This document shows, piece after piece, positions 51,519-63,399 of a stretch of DNA of 64,000 bases. Both the position numbers and the translations under genes were made by a program. How positions within the stretch are numbered: position 1 is the first letter of the stretch; every line of letters starts with the position of its first letter. Under the pieces are notes generated by a model. It did not search any database and was not told where the DNA came from. It was given only the letters and a program-made list of their open reading frames with translations. This DNA comes from Octopus sinensis (taxonomy: Eukaryota): positions 248,001 through 312,000 of the forward strand of contig NW_021836291.1 in NCBI RefSeq assembly GCF_006345805.1. Direction: 5' to 3'.

Positions 51519-54102
51519 TTTTGGTTGAGGTGGATGAACTTGATGAATTCTATTCCACTCTCACAAATTTATACAACACACTCAGATCCTCGTATATGTG
51601 TTTCATTGCTGGTGATTGGAACGCCAGAGCAGGGAAAGCCAGGCCCGGAGAAACATGCATAGGATCCCATGGAAGAAACCGGAGAAATGTGCCTGGAACT
51701 GCCTTGATCCAATTCTGCACCTATTTAGACCTATTCTTATGCAACACGGCATTCCGTCATCCAGCCAGGCACAAAACAACATGGACTGGAACCAGAAAGG
51801 ACTCAAATGGAAATTACATACCTATATTCAATCAAATAGACTACATCCTCTGCAAAGCTGCCCATAAACATCTACTTGTGGATTCACGTTCATACGGGGG
51901 ACTGGAGACAAATAGTGACCACAAACTAGTAATCACTAGCATCGGACTGTACAAGACATACAACAAACTGAAAAAACTTACGCATGATGAACAAGAAAGC
52001 TATAATCTTGAATTATTCCGTGATGAAAAACTCAAACAGAACTATGCAGACAAACTACAGGAAGAACTCGACAATATTGACACAACAAAACCTGCAAATG
52101 CGATTTGGGATGCAGTGACCAGTGCAATGAAGAAGACAGCTGTAAATGTTGTTGGACTCACTCGAAAAAAACACAAATTTCACGATAACGAGATTTGCTC
52201 CCTCTCAGAAAGGCAGAAAACCTTGAGGTTAAAAATACAAAACTCCAGCAACCCGAAAAAAATAAGAGAACTCCGAAAATTACGGAACATGATATTACTA
52301 AATATCAAGAAAACACAGAAATTGCTAATGTACAAAGAAACAGAAGAGCAATTTCAACACATAACAAAACAAAAGGACGACACGAAAATGTTCATGGCAA
52401 TGAGGCTGCTAAACAAAAAAAAGAGGCAAAATTCGATCACTGTCTGGGACACCACGGAAGCGGCTATCATTGACAACAAGAGTAAGGTAGAGGCTATATC
52501 TGAATACTACTACAAAATGCTTAACTGGGAGGATGAATCAGGATACAAACACTACCCATATACTGTAGGGGCACTAAGTTCCCCATTAACCACTTACGAA
52601 ATATTGGAGGCAATGAAGAAACTGAAAACCGGCAGGTCTGGGGGACCGGACAATATCCCACCTGAACTAGTAAAATATGCGCCAATGAAGTTTGCTGAAA
52701 TCGCTGCAAATATCCTGAACAAGGCATTTGAGCAGAACAACCCATTAGACCTCGGCAAAGGATGGTTAATTCCTCTACAGAAACCTGGAAAACAAAAAGG
52801 ACCCCTATCCAGCCTAAGACCTATTATTTTGCTAACGACGCTTCGGAAAACACTGTCGTTGATCGCATTAGAGAGGATAAGAACCAAGGTGGAAAACTTT
52901 CTGTCACCGGGACAAAGTGGCTTTAGAACTGGCAGGTCCACTGCTGATGTGATCTGGACTCACAGATGGACAGCTGCCACATGCCAAAAATATAAACATT
53001 GCACTGAAATACTCGGCATCGATATGTCCAGAGCATTCGACTCGGTTCACAGAACTAAACTTGTGGAAATACTTATGACCTTCTTAAATCATGACGACAT
53101 CAGAATAATCCTAATGCTTCTTCAGAACACTCAATTAGCAACCAAACTTGGTAAAAATGTGTCAAACTATTTCTACACATCACGGGGCATACCACAAGGC
53201 GATTCGCTGTCCCCAGTTCTCTTTATCGTCTACCTAGAGGCAGCACTCAGAGACTTTCGGCCTCTTGTGGACAACACTAAATACAACGAAATAATATATG
53301 CTGATGATGTCGACTTCGTATCTGAAACCCTTCGATTTATTATCGAAACATTACCAGATATTTTTTCCAAATGGTTTCTAACAATCAACCACAATAAAAC
53401 TGAACATACGAAATTTATTCGATCTGAACGAACTCATGATGAGCCCTGGAGAAGACAAAAAAAGTCGGATCTCTCTTAGGGGACTCTGAAGACATTATGC
53501 ACAGAAAAATACTATCAATTGCCACATACAATAAGTTTATGAACATCTGGCGCCTAAAGAAGCTAAATTCAAAGACAAAACTTAAAATATACAACACATT
53601 TGTTGTCCCAGTCCTAATGTACAATGGATCGACGTGGGGAATCAGTAAGACCGATATGAACAATTTGGACCGATTTCATCGGAACCAACTGAGAAGAGTG
53701 ATAAACATGCAATTCTCAAGGAAAATAGCAAATTCCACCCTATACAAAAGATGCAATTCGAGACCGATCTCTATGGACATCCTGGAGTCCAGATGGCGAC
53801 TCTTTGGACACATATTAAGACTTGACAGCCTCACTCCGCCGAATATCGCGATGGAAAACTACTTTGCCCATTCCAAAGGAGACTTCCGTGGAAGACCCAG
53901 GGTCACTCTGGCTACCACGCTAAATGAAGATCTAGCTGGAATTAATAAAAAACTGAAAAATGGCGATGATCTCGACTCACTCAGGACGATCGCAACTGAC
54001 CGGAGAGCCTGGAGACGCATGACCGGGAGAATTTCAATGGTGGCACAAGGAAAGCTTAATTAACTTATGACTTTTCCGAAAGTGCTTTATAATAATAATA
54101 AT
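51519..54102 (+). mobile_element. RTE-clade LINE, 5'-truncated in APE, single frameshift, 13-bp TSD
   Basis: ORFs 51521-53479 and 53497-54063 (GDWNARAG, QIDYIL, SDHKLV, RPIILL, QSGFR, PQGDSLSP, YADD), (TAA)n tail. TSD AATATATTTGGAT at 51506-51518 and 54103-54115. Confidence 0.96.
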
Positions 54103-54229
54103 AATATATTTGGATCGCAAGATGTTGAAAAAGCACTAGCTAAAATTTACTCCAAAAGCGAATTAATACTCTTACAGTTTCTAAAAAGTTTTGAAAAACA
54201 TTCGACGAGTAATAAAAACAAAAAATGAA

Positions 54230-54900
54230 GATTAGCCAGTATTTCTTGTCTTCAAATATGCACTTGTCGACAAGGAAAATCTGGACATTAAGTCACTCAA
54301 GGATGCTTGATGAAAACTCTTGCTTTATCGAATCAACTTTAAATCAATACACTCGGTTATGTTTAAATGTATGGATAAATCAAATGTCGACATTTCTACT
54401 TGACCCTAATCATTATCCAAATGGAATAATTGCTCACGAACCGAAAAATTTTAATGTCTTTTGAATGATAGGAATTTGTTTTTTGGATCACTACTGTAAA
54501 AAGCAGACAGAATGTTGACTATTTATTCACGCGGTGTGGTAGGTGCTAAACAGTGATTATCTCCAAAGACATAATAAAGTGGTAGAGTTTATCCATCTTG
54601 TTATCCAAAAATATAAAATTAAACATAGCAGGAAATTGAAAGGACATTTAGTTGTGTCAATAATGTCGATCAAAAATGTCAAAATCAGGATTGACACGTC
54701 AATTACGACTGAAACGAATTTCAATTTAATAAACCTGACATTTATGACAACAGAAAAAAGAAATAAATTTAATCGAAGTGGGTATTACTTTACAAGACTG
54801 TTAAATCAAGTTGAAGTGGATAAATTTCACAAATAAACTGTCGAATTCTTTATGAAGAAAAAGTAAAATATTATTTCGGTAGTCTTGACATGGAATAGAG
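54230..54900 (+). mobile_element. R4/Dong-like 3' fragment
   Basis: LNSDYLQRHNKVVEFIHL...KLKGHLVVSIMS...RIDTSI...KFHK. Confidence 0.85.
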
Positions 54901-55049
54901 TTGTTTCAAAATTAACGATTTTATTTAAAAAAAATTTAATAATTAAATATTTAATTTTAACTGGTTAACCATTGTAAAATTCTAGAATTAAATTCACGTT
55001 TAAGTGTGTATTCGGTTTAGTTGCTATCTTTCTTTATAATTATTTAGTC

Positions 55050-55636
55050 ATGCTTTTTAACGAAATTACATGGGCTGAAAGGCGAAATAGGCTGATGCTG
55101 ACTGTACTTGGAGTAAATAGTCAAACCTCTGTCAATTTTGCCGAGAATAGCCTGACATTTACGTTAACCTCTTTTTAATCAAAAATAGTGAACAAAATGA
55201 TGACCAAACATTTGTTTTGCAACTTATAAAGTCAGTAAACCCTGAGAATTGTACATATCGTGTTGTCGGAGACAAAATGTACATAAATTTACCCAAAGCA
55301 GAAGAAGGGCCTTATTGGAACAAACTGACTGCCACTAAAGTCAGTTTTATATTTTAAATTCAGTATTTCTGGATCAGAACTGATTTTGACCACTACCGAC
55401 CGGAATCCGACGGGGATTCAGAACAGGAGAATAACAGCTTAGGAGGAGATGTAATGTGTTATTTTAATATATTTAGATGGACTATGATGGAATGGTTTTT
55501 TAGGCTGTTTTTATTTTATTAGAATGGTGACTACTCCGATAGTGATGATGAGGCTGCCGAAGAACAAGAGGATATGCCAGAGCTTGTAGATGAAGAGCCT
55601 GAGGAGCCTATAAATACAAATGAGACCACTGTCTAG
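55050..55636 (+). CDS. PTGES3: Hsp90 co-chaperone p23 (CS domain with acidic tail)
   Basis: Five exons (introns 55163-55188, 55340-55363, 55451-55476, 55495-55522): MLFNEITWAERRNRLMLTV...GPYWNKLTATKYFWIRTDFDHY...DSDDEAAEEQEDMPEL. Confidence 0.88.
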
Positions 55637-56299
55637 ACTTATTCCATTAGTTAGTTTCTTCTCACTGTTTCTTTTGATCTCATTTTTGTCTTTTTCTTTA
55701 TTTTGATTGAGTTGTGTTTTAGTGAGGGATATTATTAGAGGAAGAATGTAGATTTTGATAAGATTGTTCAAGTTAGTTTTTTTGTGGTTGAGTTTTTTAA
55801 ATTTTGTTTTTATTTTGGCGACTAACACTATTTGTGGAGTTTGAGTCACACTATTTTTGATTTGAATATTTTCTTTTTAATTTTTGTGGTGATGAAAAGA
55901 GATTGAATGGAATGACGACGTGTTTATTGCGCGAAAGTTATTTATGTGACATGCACGGGCATGTTATCGTCCTCAAATATCGTAGTTGCTGGCGATCCCA
56001 TTACATCAGGGATGGCAAAAATTTTCAGCCGATGTTCTAAAAATAGAAATCTACAATCTACAATTTTTGGATTTTCTTTGAATAAGAATGGTGCACATTT
56101 TATCTACGCTTCTTAATATATTGGCCATCAGAAAAAGGCTTCCCATGCTTCGCAATAACATGAGAAATAACGTAACTAGCACTGATTGAATCAGATTGAC
56201 TGTTAACGAGTGTTCTGAGTGATTCTGTAAGTTCTTTTTTAACTGAGATGCAATTCACTGGCCGGAGCATAACACACATAAAGCTTTGTCTCCTAAAAA

Positions 56300-56930
56300 T
56301 AAAATATTAACCTCTGTTCAGCAATCTATATTTTTTAATCCATGAATTTTGAAATGCTCTGCCATTTGATTTAGCTTGCTTTGATTTTTTTCCAACTATC
56401 ATAGTCGGTACAGTCAGTACACGTATTCCTGATTCAGAGGAATCCTTCGGTTGACGCCCAATCACTGCTTGCTCCTCTGCGGGAACCGATATTCCATGTC
56501 TTGTCTCCACCTGCATACTCTCCAATGTTTTTCTTAAAACGAGTGTTTGGATATATGCCTTCATTCTGTCTTCCACTGCGATAGAATCCAAATGACTTTT
56601 AAAAAATCTTGAGACAATTCCATTCCAAGTAAGTACAAATATGAATAATTCAAAAAACTAGAGAGTACTGTTTGCTAACAACTTCAAAACAAAATTCGGA
56701 TTCTCCTCCTGAAAATAGACACAAAGAAAAAACACATTTTTGCGGATAAACTCATCTTCATTTTAGCCTGATGAATCGCCCCTAATTCATTTGCCAAAAG
56801 GTCATATTTGTGGGACTTTTCCACTTCAACTTGCTTTAGGCAATTTTGTGAGGTAATCTCAACTTCGGTCTTCTTTAGTGAGTTGCAGTAATTGCATTTA
56901 TTATATTTAGTGAACAATATTAATTATTTT
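56300..56930 (-). mobile_element. R4/Dong-like 3' fragment carrying a 126-bp EXD1-derived insert
   Basis: VEITSQNCLKQVEVEKSHKYDLLANELGAIHQAKMK [insert 56630-56755] VLTWNGIVS...LRKTLESM. Confidence 0.88.
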
Positions 56931-57278
56931 TATTAGAAAATCGATATTTTTTACAATTAAAAATTTTTAATTAGTAAATTATTTTAAGGTTTCTACGTCT
57001 TGACTTTGTGAGGAAATAAACGCAGTAAACGGTCCCCATTAGAAGACTAGAAGTGTGCCACACACCACCAGGCTAATTAACTAAGACAACGATATGGCTC
57101 ATCAGAAAAGATATTACGTGAAAATGACTCTGGGGAGATAATACTAAAGAGGATATCACATGTATAATAACTGATATTTTAAATGAATATTAATTGTTTT
57201 ATTATAAAAATCAATTATAATATAAATATTATATAATTAAAAAAAAATTAAATATTACAACTGATTGTATTATATGAT

Positions 57279-59844
57279 ATGATATCTGGTGCTATAATTA
57301 ATAATATACATTTAGATAATGCCCAAGTGCGTAGAAGACGAAATTATAAACTAATCGTAGACCCAGCTCTTAATCAGGGACTAAAAAAAGTGTACAGAAT
57401 TGAAGGCATTGTCCAAGGGGTTCCCTTTCTAGTGTAATCAAAGACATCTTCTCCCTGCACTATTCCAGTCCAAGACCCTCGTAATCAAGTGACCAGAATT
57501 TGGGGAGACTTTAAACCCATTTCTGAGCTGGTCCACCCAAAATTTCGAGTTTGATTGACTTTTTAATACCAAAACAGAAACATGTTTTGGATTCTTTACT
57601 CAAAAATGAAATATCCGAAATACCCTGTCGAGAACTGACATTTACGAATTTAAACGACAATTTTGATATCAATTTTTTGAAAGAAGTGTGTTGTCCATTC
57701 GGGGAGATTGAATCATCAAAGGTTTACATTCATCCGGAGAATGGCAGACATTTAGGCGTGGCTAAAGTGAAATGTCTCTAAAATAATTTAGGTTGTGTTT
57801 AAAGACCCTTCTTCTGCCAGTAGATGCCTAAAAACTGTGGACGGGACTCGAAAAATGGGAATGCAAGTTTCTGTCGAGGCCGATACATTTGGTTGTGGTT
57901 TTTTTAATATTTTAGGTCGGAAAAGAACTCAACTTTTGAAAGATTTGCTTAAAATTCAAGTCGATCGTCCCAAAATTTCATTTTCGATCCAAAATTCCCA
58001 AAATAAATTAGAAAAGTTGTCAAATCCTGCCCAAAATACGTTTATTTGTATTTTTGTTTATAATAACTAATTTTTAGTAAATTCAGTCACTGAGGAGGTG
58101 GTTAAGCTGTTGAGGCACAAGTTAAGGAAGGATATAAAGAGGAAGTTACTCAAAAACGTGGTTTCTCCCTTGGTGGACAAGTTATGTGCATCTTCCAAAG
58201 TTTAGAATCCTTAAATTAAGCCAATTCAGAAACTCAGAAGGAAAAGACATCGCAGAAGAAGTCGAGAAAGGGATCGAAGGTCACATCATAAAGAACGGTC
58301 TAAAAAGTCTAAAAGAACTGACATTTCACGTGATGATCGAAAAAGAAAGGAGAAAGTGTCTAAGAGTGAGCATAGAAATGGAAGGAAGGATGTTAAATAT
58401 CAATCAGTCCAAGAAAATAAAAAGCAGTTTGATAGAAAAAGAGAATCAGTAAAGTCGATCCCCGAACTGGGCCTTTCCGTCGTTGATAAAACACGTGATC
58501 AAAAGAGAGATAAAGACACGTCTATGGACAAAGTGACTCAGATGGAAACAACCAATGTTGATGAGATTAAAAGGAAGCAAGTTGATGAATCGGATAAACC
58601 TGTCAATATAAAACTTGATAACGTGGAGACGGTTGACAAGGTTATGAATGAGGTGACTGTTGGGAATATAAACGGACTAAAAGTCCCGGAATATAAACCA
58701 TGTGAACCACCGTCCCCAGAAGAGGTAAATTGTGTACAAAAAGTCCCGGAATATAAACCATGTGAGCTACAGTCACCAGAAGAGGTAAAAGGTGTAATGT
58801 AATAGTAGATTGAGAGGGATGACACACGTGTGTTATCCAGTCCTGAGGAGTATAGGAGTGTGTATAAAGTTCGTTCAAAAAAGAGTGACATGAAGCTGAT
58901 AAGTGATTACATCACAAATGGGCTTAGTCAGGAAGATATAATGTAGACATGTGGGTTGTTATTCTAGATTTTTAAAGATGGCCTATGAGCAGATGTTGTC
59001 ATTTGATGAGACACCGACATGGCTGCTTTCATCACATTGGGTGGACCATTGTCCCACAATTCAGAAAATATTCCAAGACAGGAAAAAGTATAGTATCCTC
59101 GTTATGTGTAGTCTGAATGTTGTCGGACATTGGATGTTAGTGCACTTAAGGCAATGTCGTGTCGTATTGGAAGGGTGAAGGAGGTGAATAAGAAATGTAG
59201 TAAGGTGGAGTAGTTGGATGTATGATTAGATGTCCGGGGGATATAGTGTGGGGACATATAACATGTCACAAGCCCAGTTCAGTGTACGGGCCACTGGAGA
59301 CCAGAGGAGATTCAATAATGACTTGGCAGGGCTGTTTGATAAGAATAACCTTAAAGTTGTTTTTGGTTGATTTTTGTTTAGTTGCGAAAAAAAATGTTAA
59401 AGTTTAAGAAAAGTGAGATTCATGACTGGGGATTATTTGCTGATGAGCCTATTTGGGTGGATGATTTGGTCATCGAGTATGTGGGGAGTTACATTCGGAT
59501 GAGCCTGGCCGAGATCCGTGAGAAGGAGTACAGGAGGATGGGGATTGATTCGTCATATTTGTTCCGGGTTGACGAATATGGGTGTATTGATGCGACCATG
59601 ATGGGGAATCTTGCTCGGTTTATAAACCACAGTTGCAATGTACAGCTTGATTGGGGTGATTTGACAGCCAAATTGTTCAGCGAGAGTGATTGAGGTGGAT
59701 GGAAAGAAGAAGGTCTGCATATATTGCAGGAGGGATATTGCTCGAGGAGAGGAGATTACATATGATTATAAGTTCAGTTCGGAAGAGGGGGATAAGATTC
59801 CGTGTCACTGTTCTGCACATAATTGTCGCCAACATCTCAACTGA
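57279..59844 (+). CDS. SETD1: Histone H3K4 methyltransferase Set1/SETD1 (RRM plus SET/post-SET), compact, multi-exon
   Basis: [25 protein letters not shown]...[34 protein letters not shown]|PNCSA, ITYDYKF, IPCHC...CR. Introns include 57289-57315, 57420-57443 and 59640-59667. Confidence 0.95.
58679..58798 (+). repeat. 60-nt coding tandem duplication in SETD1
   Basis: [20 protein letters not shown] / [20 protein letters not shown]. Confidence 0.95.
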
Positions 59845-59993
59845 TTATATTTTGTGTGAATAAAATATTTTTTAATTTTATATCAGAATGACTGTTCCAA
59901 AGAATCTTTATTGCGATTCTGACTGGCGACGTTTTTTTGATCATTATTAGTTTTAGATCAAAACTACCTTAATTTCTGTGAATAGTACACATA

Positions 59994-61461
59994 CACCCCT
60001 CGTCACTGAAAACCGGACAAGCTATTTTTGATGATTTTATTAATTAAATATGAAAAATCAAAAACTTAAGCTTAATATTTTTACTTAATAATAATAATTG
60101 TGTAATAATTATTAATTATACTATTATAGAACTAATATTTAAAGCAGAATTTCAATTTACTTAAGACATGTAAAACCGGACAAGAATAAAAACAAGTCAT
60201 TTAGTAGTTAATATGTCCACCATTTGCACTGAAAATTTTATAACATCTATTTTTCATAGACATTACTAGTTTTTTCAATAATTCTGGTGATATATTATTC
60301 CATATTTCTGTTAATTTGTCCTTTAGTTCATTTTGTTTTTGACTACATTTTTGATAATTCTCTCTTCATTTCTGTCCATAGATGTTCTATCGGGTTTAGA
60401 TCCGGTGATCGAGCAGGCCATTGAAGTAAAATAATGTTTTTTTCTTTAATATAATCTTGTATCATTTTAGATTTATGGCAAGGTGCATTATCCTGTTGTA
60501 AAATAAATGAGTCTATCCCGAATTTTTTGGCACATTCGAATATATTATTAGATAAAATATTAATATATTTTGCGCTATTAAGAATTTCATCAATAAAAAC
60601 AAGATTACCGACTCCGTTATACGAGAAACTGCCCCAGACCATTACTTTTCCACCACCGAATTTTACAGTTGGGATAATATTGCATTTTTTGTATGCAGAA
60701 CCATTTTCTCTATACACTATTTGATGCTTATTGATATTAAAAATATCAAAAGACCATTCATCAGTAAAAATTACCGACTTCCATGTCTCGTCGGAAATGC
60801 TTAAAAATGATTTTGTAATTTCACGTCTTAAAATTATATTTTTTGTGGATTAAAGAGGTTTTCTTTTAGCAGCTCGGCCATATAATCCTTTCTTATTTAA
60901 AATTCGAGATACTATTCTTGTGAAAATTTTTTTTGAACATAGTTTTAATTTCGATGCTAAGAGTTTTGGCACTTTTATGAGGGGTATTATTTGATAGTTC
61001 TACTAAAATCAAAATTTCTTCCTCTATCAATATTTTCTTTCTTTCAGTTCCCGGATGTATGTTAATTGATACAGTTTTTGTGAATTTCTGAATCACATCT
61101 GATACAGTTGATTTTGGGACTCATATACTTGCAGAAATCATTCGATAAGTCACATTATGATTATAAAATGCAATAATTTGTCCTTTCAGGAAATCTGAAA
61201 GGTGACTTCTTCTTTGACTATACATTTTTAGCTTCTTTTCAACGACTTTTAGATCTATAAAAGTTTTGTCCGGTTTTACATGTCTTAAGTAAATTGAAAT
61301 TCTGCTTTAAATATTAGTTCTATGATAGTATAATTAATAATTATTACACAATTATTTTTTATTTTTATTTTTTTAAATATTAAGCGTAAGTTTTTGATTT
61401 TTCGTATTTAATTAATAAAATCATAAAAAATGGCTTGTCCGGTTTTCGGTGACGAGGGGTG
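59994..61461 (-). mobile_element. Tc1-family DD34E transposon with long IR/DR termini, pseudogenised
   Basis: TIRs of about 190 bp (59994-60184 and 61266-61461) starting CACCCCTCGTCAC with TA TSD. AAAACCGGACAA direct repeats at both ends of each TIR. QQDNAPCH...NPIE gives 34 residues between D and E. Confidence 0.96.
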
Positions 61462-62399
61462 TATATTGTATTATGTTTTTTAATAATAAGGACAAAGAAA
61501 GATGAGATGAGAAGGACAAAGAAAGATTTGCCAAAGTGACAGTAAATCAGTTATCATTAAAGCAGGGATTTACAGCAAGCTTGCGTGTATAACTACAAAG
61601 AGAAGATAATTTGTATATGAAAATATCATCAACAAAGAAATTTCAAACTTATATTCAGATAACTGCGTGATTGAGTTGGACCAAAATGATATCAATATTT
61701 AAAGTTTCAAATTACCTAAACTTATTGAAATCAAAAATATAACCGTTTTAGAATACCCGCAGCATGCTGCAAATATTAACAGCCTTGTTTAAATTTATTC
61801 TCAAATTTTATTTTTTTATATGCTAATATTAATTTTGTTTTTTTGTTTAAATATAAGTTAAGTTTGGCTTGTTTAAAATTTATGAAAATTTTCCGATCTC
61901 AAGCTATACGAACGGGACTTTCAATTTCTGTTTATCATTTACTTAAAATGTGTTAGATAATACTTGGAGTGAGCTTTGCTGCTCTGATTCAAATAACTAA
62001 GCGTAATTACAGAAATCGACGTGTTCACACAGTTATAATAATGATTATAATTAGACTAGCGTTCAAGTCAGAGTGGAGATTTCGGTCTAGCACAGACAAT
62101 GCCCACATTAGAGTCGGAACTTGAGGTGTGTTTAATTTATAAAGTTAGAAATACAAGAGGAATAAAGTGGGGGAAAATTGGTCTAACGTACGAATATATC
62201 GCCACAGTGAACAAAATTAAATACATCTAATTACGATTTCTTTTTTTCTAAAATATATTTTCAATAAGATTTGTTAGTTTTTAGAGTTTTGATTCTCAGG
62301 AAGAGTCTGAAAGTGTTAAAAATCTTTTGGAGAACAATCCTTAATTATTTGACATAATTTTAAATTTCTTAATATAAAGTCAAAATAAAGATGTTGATA

Positions 62400-62650
62400 A
62401 ATTCTGGCTGTCGGGGACCTAGAGAGTCAGTCCGGTGACGAAGCACTGCGGATTGAGAGGCAATTCCCGAACTGGAAGAGCCAGCTCGCCTCCTTCCGGT
62501 CATTCGTTTTTAAGAAGATTTTCTCGCCAAGCATTCGCAACAACTTTTCTGCCTCCTTACCGTTCACGCCAGTGGTCTCAAAAGCAATGGCCACGAACTC
62601 GTAAGCGTTAGAAAGGACTAAGTATTTCGACCTCTTTAGAATTTCTACGT
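62400..62650 (-). mobile_element. CRE-like 3' fragment
   Basis: SKYLVLSNAYEFVAIAFETTGVNGKEAEKLL...EASWLFQ.GNCLSIR. Confidence 0.85.
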
Positions 62651-63399
62651 TTTCTTTTGAGCTATTCTCACCATATTCTCAGATCTCTTTTTGTCAGGTC
62701 TAGCAGTGACTTTCATTTCAAGTTAATAATCTTCTTAGCTACTTCTCGGGCATTGTTCTTAATCTGCTGTTAGTTATCCCTGGCAATCCGCTCATTTCTT
62801 ATTCGGTTTGCATATAACTTGTTTCAAAAGTTGATTCCAATTTTAATTAAAGTTATAAAAACACGAAAATATCTATGTTCTCGACAATGATGTCCACAAC
62901 CCAGTTTCACATCAGGATATGAGACCAACGGCTAGCAGAAAAAATATTTCCTTTACGGGGATTTAACAGCAAATTTTCTGCAGATAGGAAAATTAGGACA
63001 GTGAAAAAAGTGCTCATCAACACAGCCAAGGCTACAGAAGGAAGAAATCAAATTGTTCATTGAGTGAGAGTAGAAAGTCTAATTATTGGTGAGCAAGAAA
63101 GATTGATATCAGCAGAACGGTCAAAAAGCATTTCAGAGGGGTAAACTTCCTTTGGAAGTTTGTTAAGGCCGGGGAGTTAGGCATCAGCCTTAGAATTGAC
63201 AACGTTGAAATAAAATTGTAAATTTTTTTCATTGGATTTGAACGTTTAGGCCAGGGATTCTCGACGGCCTTACTCCTCATTTTGATAAAATAGTAGACGC
63301 CAAACAAAATCAAAATTCTTGTATTACGCAATAAAGTTTTTTTCTTTCATCAAATAAAATATACCGCAAAGATACTCTTTATTATCAATTTGGTCTCTG

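Noticed and set aside
55511-55849. 112-aa minus-strand ORF overlapping p23
   Set aside because: Low-complexity Lys/Asn-rich antisense frame of the p23 last exon and 3' region, with no recognisable motif.
56157-56220. Third C/D snoRNA candidate with two CTGA boxes
   Set aside because: The C box is degenerate (ATGAGAA) and the terminal stem is only 2 bp, which is compatible with chance.
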